64,000 nucleotides of DNA from Longimicrobiales bacterium (GTDB lineage: Bacteria; Gemmatimonadota; Gemmatimonadetes; Longimicrobiales; Gaopeijiaceae). Under the pieces are notes generated by a model, which saw nothing but the letters and a program-made list of their open reading frames with translations, made no database searches and was not told where the DNA came from. Made by a program: the position numbers and the translations under genes. Every line of letters begins with the position of its first letter. Positions within the stretch are counted from its first letter, which is position 1. Shown piece by piece: positions 59,913 to 64,000 of the stretch. The DNA lies in NCBI GenBank assembly GCA_965226375.1, contig CBDDCX010000006.1, forward strand, positions 32,001 through 96,000, written 5' to 3'.

Positions 59913-60530
59913 GGCAAGCTCGCTCGGCGTGTAGATGTAGGTCAGCTCACCATCGACGTGGAGATCAACCGAGGGAGCGTCGAACACATCAATCTGGGTG
60001 AAGGGAGGTACGCCCTCCTCTCCAGCCCACACGAAGCTGTCGGGTGTATCGCCGATCTCGAAGGTGATCGAAGCAGATGGAGCTTCCGTAGCATCGGGAC
60101 GAGCGATATTCGGTAGGATCGCTTCGACCGTTCGAACCGCTGCAAGCCGTTTGAGAATGCGTACATAACCGGTCTTCCCGGCACCATTCTCGCCGTAAAG
60201 AAGCGTCATGCGCGGGTGAAAAAGGATGTCCTGGTCCGCTGCGAGGGCGTTCACGTTGGCGACGTCGGAGAGTGCCGTTAGCCGAAGCGCCTTCTCAGGG
60301 TCTCCGGAATTGCCGTCGTGTTGGATCGCGGGCACGGATACGGGCTCACCTTCAGTGTCGACAAGCTCCTTTTCTCTTAGAAGAAGCTCGTAGAACGCCC
60401 TTATGACGTCCTCGCTCAGACCACGACGTGCATCGAGCACCGCAGCGACGAGCGAACGAACCCAGTGGTCGCGGGAGTTGGCCCAGTCGACTAGCAGGGT
60501 GATGCCAGATGTCTACTCATCATCAGTCAT
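59913..60530 (-). pseudogene. AAA-family ATPase N-terminal remnant
   Basis: MTDDE*TSGITLLVDWAN...; Walker A YGENGAGKTGYVRILK, IDVFD; amber at codon 6; truncated at the IS3 junction. Confidence 0.7.
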
Positions 60531-60534
60531 CGGC

Positions 60535-61125
60535 TCATGCCCACATGCGGGCGACGATCTTCTTCTTCTCGTCGCCAAGCGCATTCGCGTAGATGGCCGT
60601 GGTCTCCATCTTCGCGTGTCCAAGTACCTGTTGGAGCACGTTGAGCGGTACACCGGAGGCGATCGCAGCGAGCCCATAGCCATGCCGTAGACCCTTGGGG
60701 GATCGGTGCGGGCCGTCCTCAAGCCCGGCGGCTTCCATTATCTCCCTGATACGTCGCCATGCAGTCGTGCGGGAGTAATCCCAAAGGGGCCGGTTTTCTC
60801 TCTCGGTTCCTCGCGCTTCGCGGATACCGTGAACCATGTTCAGCACGTCGAGAAAATCCGGCGGTACAGGGACAGCGCGGTAGACTACCTTGCCGCGCTT
60901 TTTCAGGCTCCGGAACGTGATGGTCTCGGCGGTGAGGTCCCCGCGCTGCGGGGTGAGCTCCAAAGCTTCGCTGATCCGGCAACCTGTGTAATGGAGGGCA
61001 CCGCAAAGCGTGCGGGTCGGGCGGTATGCGATGGAGGCCGCTTCCATGAAGGCGCGGCGCTCGTCCTCGGTGAGGTAGAGGCGTTTGCCTTCGGGATCGA
61101 AAAGAGTAGGAATCCGGCCTGCCAT
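60535..61125 (-). CDS. Small tyrosine recombinase (catalytic domain only)
   Basis: YTGCRISEAL (R), LKK (K), PKGLRHGY (K-x-x-R), LGHA (H), TTAIYA (Y); 196 aa. Confidence 0.9.
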   Translation of the reverse strand: MAGRIPTLFDPEGKRLYLTEDERRAFMEAASIAYRPTRTLCGALHYTGCRISEALELTPQRGDLTAETITFRSLKKRGKVVYRAVPVPPDFLDVLNMVHGIREARGTERENRPLWDYSRTTAWRRIREIMEAAGLEDGPHRSPKGLRHGYGLAAIASGVPLNVLQQVLGHAKMETTAIYANALGDEKKKIVARMWA

Positions 61126-61153
61126 TGAAACACTTTAGCGCGTTTCGGTTTCA
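61126..61153. other. 28-bp dif-like candidate recombinase site
   Basis: TGAAACACTTT-AGCGCG-TTTCGGTTTCA abutting the recombinase ATG. Confidence 0.45.
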
Positions 61154-61188
61154 CCGGCTACAGGTGGCGGGAGGGAATTAGGCCGTAT

Positions 61189-61515
61189 GGGGTATTGCCT
61201 TAAGTCCACCGCCCACTACATGTTGTGGTCATGGCGGTTCCGGCTTCTCAGCTCCGTGGCGGCGTGGACTATCCCCGTACGCGGCTGGAGCTGGACGAGT
61301 TCTTCCCCGACGATGCGGCATGCCTGGAGTACGTGGAGGGTCTGCGCTGGCCGGAAGGGTTTGTGTGCGTGGGCTGTGGCGGGTTGGGAGAGGTCTGGCG
61401 AGCATCGCGGGGGCGTCTCGTCTGCCCACACTGTCGAAGGCAGACCTCGGTGCTGGCGGGAACCGTGTTCCACCGCACGCGCTCGCCCCTGCGTCTGTGG
61501 TTTCTCGCTGCCTGG
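61189..61515 (+). mobile_element. IS1595-family remnant (left end and zinc-ribbon part of the transposase)
   Basis: DYPRT...FPDDAACLEY...RWPEGFVCVGC...CPHCRRQTSVLAGTVFHRTRSPLRLWFLAAW, then similarity ends. Confidence 0.8.
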
Positions 61516-61811
61516 GGGGCGAGGGTCGGTGCTGATCGGCGAGTGCACATCAGACATCGGGGTGCATGTGCACCGAAACGCCATTTTCATGTGCGCGCCA
61601 GCGCTCCCTTATGTGGCTGGCTGTCTTACAGTTGCGGCACGGCCGCCGGAGCTGCGACGCCGCTCCGGAGCTTTCGGCCGTAGATGGGAGCGACCCCCCC
61701 TTTCGGGATGCCTCGATCGGCATCGGGGAGGGCTGGCATGTGCACGCCCATGCCACCCTCCCACGGGGGGTCGCTCCCAGCCATGGATCCCTACGGACTG
61801 CCTAGGGCATT

Positions 61812-61844
61812 TACGTAACTCATTTATTATGAATGAGTTACGTA
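61812..61844. repeat. Perfect 13-bp AT-rich inverted repeat
   Basis: TACGTAACTCATT-TATTATG-AATGAGTTACGTA. Confidence 0.85.
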
Positions 61845-61985
61845 TTAGTCTACGGAGTTCGACCCCCCATTATGTCCACCGATTTGAACCCGATTTCCTT
61901 GGCCTCTCTTGGCCGTCAACGGACAACGGCCGCGAGTCGGCCCCGGATCGCCAGATCGCCATGCCGTAGTGGCACGCGGGCCGGC

Positions 61986-64000
61986 TCAAGGCAGAACCGC
62001 CTGATCACAGGCCAATCTGTACACCGTATCGGACATCCAGCGCTTGAAGTCGCGGTTGTCTCGAAACTGCTTGAACAACTCCATGTCGTCCTTCATCAGC
62101 GCTGTCATGACTCGTTGTAGAGCCTTGCCGTGCTCGATGCGCACGTTTTGCTCGTCGGAGTTCGTCCGGGCGTTCTTGAAGGCGGTGTCGTCCGCTACCC
62201 GCGACGGAATGGTCTCGGTAATGAGTCTCCTTACGCGGTCGCCGTCCTGCCAGTCGATATCGCCGAATAGGTGGTTGAAGTCCTTGAGGATGTTCGAGAG
62301 CCAGTCCAGCTCAGGATCGGGCCAGTGGCCTCCATCGCCGGTCCCGGCTGGGTCGATCTCACCGTCTTCATCCGATATGACGATCTTCTGCACCGCCAGC
62401 CTCTCGACCCGGTAACTGTCCATGTCGATCGCGTCGAGGATCCCCTTGGAGAGGTCATCTTCCACGGGCGCTGGCAGCTTCGGGACCAGGAAATTCAGGA
62501 AGATCGAGCGCTTCTCCCAGCCGGCGTTCGTGAACGGCAGGATGCAGGAGAGAAAGGCGTATGTGCGCACGAACGCCTTGGCCTTGCCCTTGAAGTCCAC
62601 CTGCCGGTCCTCATCCAGCTCCTGAAGATAGACGGCGACGCAGGCGTCGAGGATCGGGTCGAGCTCGTCGCGATCGGCGTCGCCGAGGTAGCGCTGCACG
62701 AAGTCGTGCGGTAGTAGTCGGTGAATGCGTAACGGATCGTCTCGGCATCGTTCAGGAAATCGAGCACGAAAACATCGTGCTTCTTTGGATGCGCGCGATT
62801 AAGGCGAGACAGTGTCTGCACCGCCTTGATTCCGGAAAGCGTCTTGTCCACGTACATCGTGTGGAGCAGCGGTTCGTCGTAGCCGGTCTGGAACTTGTCC
62901 GCGCAGATCAGGAACCGGTAGGGATCTTCCCGGAATTTGGCGGCGGTCTGGCCGTCCGGGAAGCCATTCAGTGATGTCTCGGTAACATTCACGCCACCAT
63001 ATTCGCGTTCGCCGGAGAAGGCCACGATGGCGTGGTACGGGCTCTTCCGCTCCTGCAGGTAGTCGCGGATGGCGTGGAAGTACTGGATCGCACGCTGAAC
63101 GCCGTTGGTGACCACCATCGCGCGCGCCTGGCCCCCGATCTTGTGCTGGGCGAGGACCTGCTCGTGGAAGTGGTCGACCATGATCTCGGCCTTGAGACGG
63201 AGCGCGTGCTCGTGGCCCTCGACGAAGCGGCGCAGCTTCTTCTTCGCCTTCGTGGCGTCGAACTCCGGGTCGTCCTCTATGGTCTTGGCGAGCCGGTAGT
63301 AGCTCTTGACCGGCGTGTAGTGCGCCAGCACGTCCAGGATGAACCCCTCCTGGATTGCCTGCTTCATCGTGTAGCTGTGGAACGCGTAGTGCCGGACCGA
63401 GCCATCGGGCTGCGGGTCCGGCTGGCCGAAGATCTCGAGTGTCTTGTTCTTGGGCGTCGCCGTGAAGGCGAAGTAGCTGGCGTTGGGCAGCAGCTTCCTC
63501 GACTCCATTAGGCGGTTGATCCGATCCTCGAAGGTCTCTTCCTCGACCTCTTGGCCAGTCTCGGAGAGCACCTGCGACATGGCCGCGCTGGTGCGACCGC
63601 CCTGGCTCGAGTGGGCCTCGTCAATGATGATCGCGAAGCGCCGTCTGCGTTGCTCGCTTCCGATCTCGTCCAGGATGAAGGGGAACTTCTGGACCGTCGA
63701 GATGATGATCTTCTTGCCGGACTCCAAGAACCTGCGAAGGTCGCCCGACCGGTTCGCGTGGCCCACCGTTGCGCTGACCTGCGCGTACTGCCGGATCGTG
63801 TCACGGATCTGCCGGTCGAGTATGCGCCGATCCGTGACCACAATGATCGAGTCGAAGAGCGGTACGCCATCCTTCATGAGTCCGACCAGCTGGTGGGCGA
63901 GCCAGGCGATGGAGTAGCTCTTGCCGCTGCCGGCCGAGTGCTGGATCAGGTAGCGTTCGCCCACACCATTACCTGGGGCATCGGCTAGCAACCGGCGCAC
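61986..64000 (-). pseudogene. hsdR: Type I restriction endonuclease subunit R, frameshifted (5' end outside the window)
   Basis: QHSAGSGKS, VVTDR, IIDEAHSSQ, FTATPK, KFQTGYDEP, AVQTLSRLNR; the frame switches near 62705 into the C-terminal ORF 61986-62699. Confidence 0.88.

Noticed and set aside
59331..60440. 369-aa ORF as one protein
   Set aside because: It is a chimera of the AAA ATPase remnant and the antisense strand of IS3 orfB.

Overview
GC-rich bacterial chromosomal window. The gene content (several duplicated orphan ABC permeases with PadR regulators, ECF sigma/zf-HC2 anti-sigma pairs, DUF885, DUF4159, Ser/Thr kinase remnants) suggests a Gemmatimonadota/Acidobacteriota-like organism; this is inference. 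1-16.9 kb: two ECF sigma/anti-sigma pairs bracket three PadR + duplicated-permease modules (one disrupted), a TolB-like propeller, phhB, a cysteine synthase-rhodanese fusion and a lone MacB/LolD-type ATPase. 17-23.6 kb: TerC, a sulfocyanin-like lipoprotein, a candidate ~290-nt purine-rich sRNA (two ECF-type promoters, strong terminator) and a D-amino-acid peptide salvage module. 23.6-29.5 kb: a mosaic island ending at tRNA-Arg(CCG), with LicD, a cytidylyltransferase, an IS3 and many gene stubs. 29.8-53.6 kb: mostly core-like genes, including a cyclase-TPR protein, rnpB, a ppk1 cluster (Omp85-type protein with a kinase-like N-terminus, Pycsar-effector-like membrane protein, histidine phosphatase) and a NosR-like FMN/Fe-S protein. 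53.7-64 kb: a decayed mobile/defence region with IS256 (8-bp target duplication), a partial IS3, an IS1595 stub, a small tyrosine recombinase with a 28-bp dif-like site, an AAA ATPase remnant and a frameshifted type I hsdR. Best candidates for undescribed biology: the ECF-driven sRNA, the ppk1/Omp85-kinase/DUF5706 module, and the PadR-permease-ATPase-ECF network. All family calls are from motif recognition by eye, not database searches.
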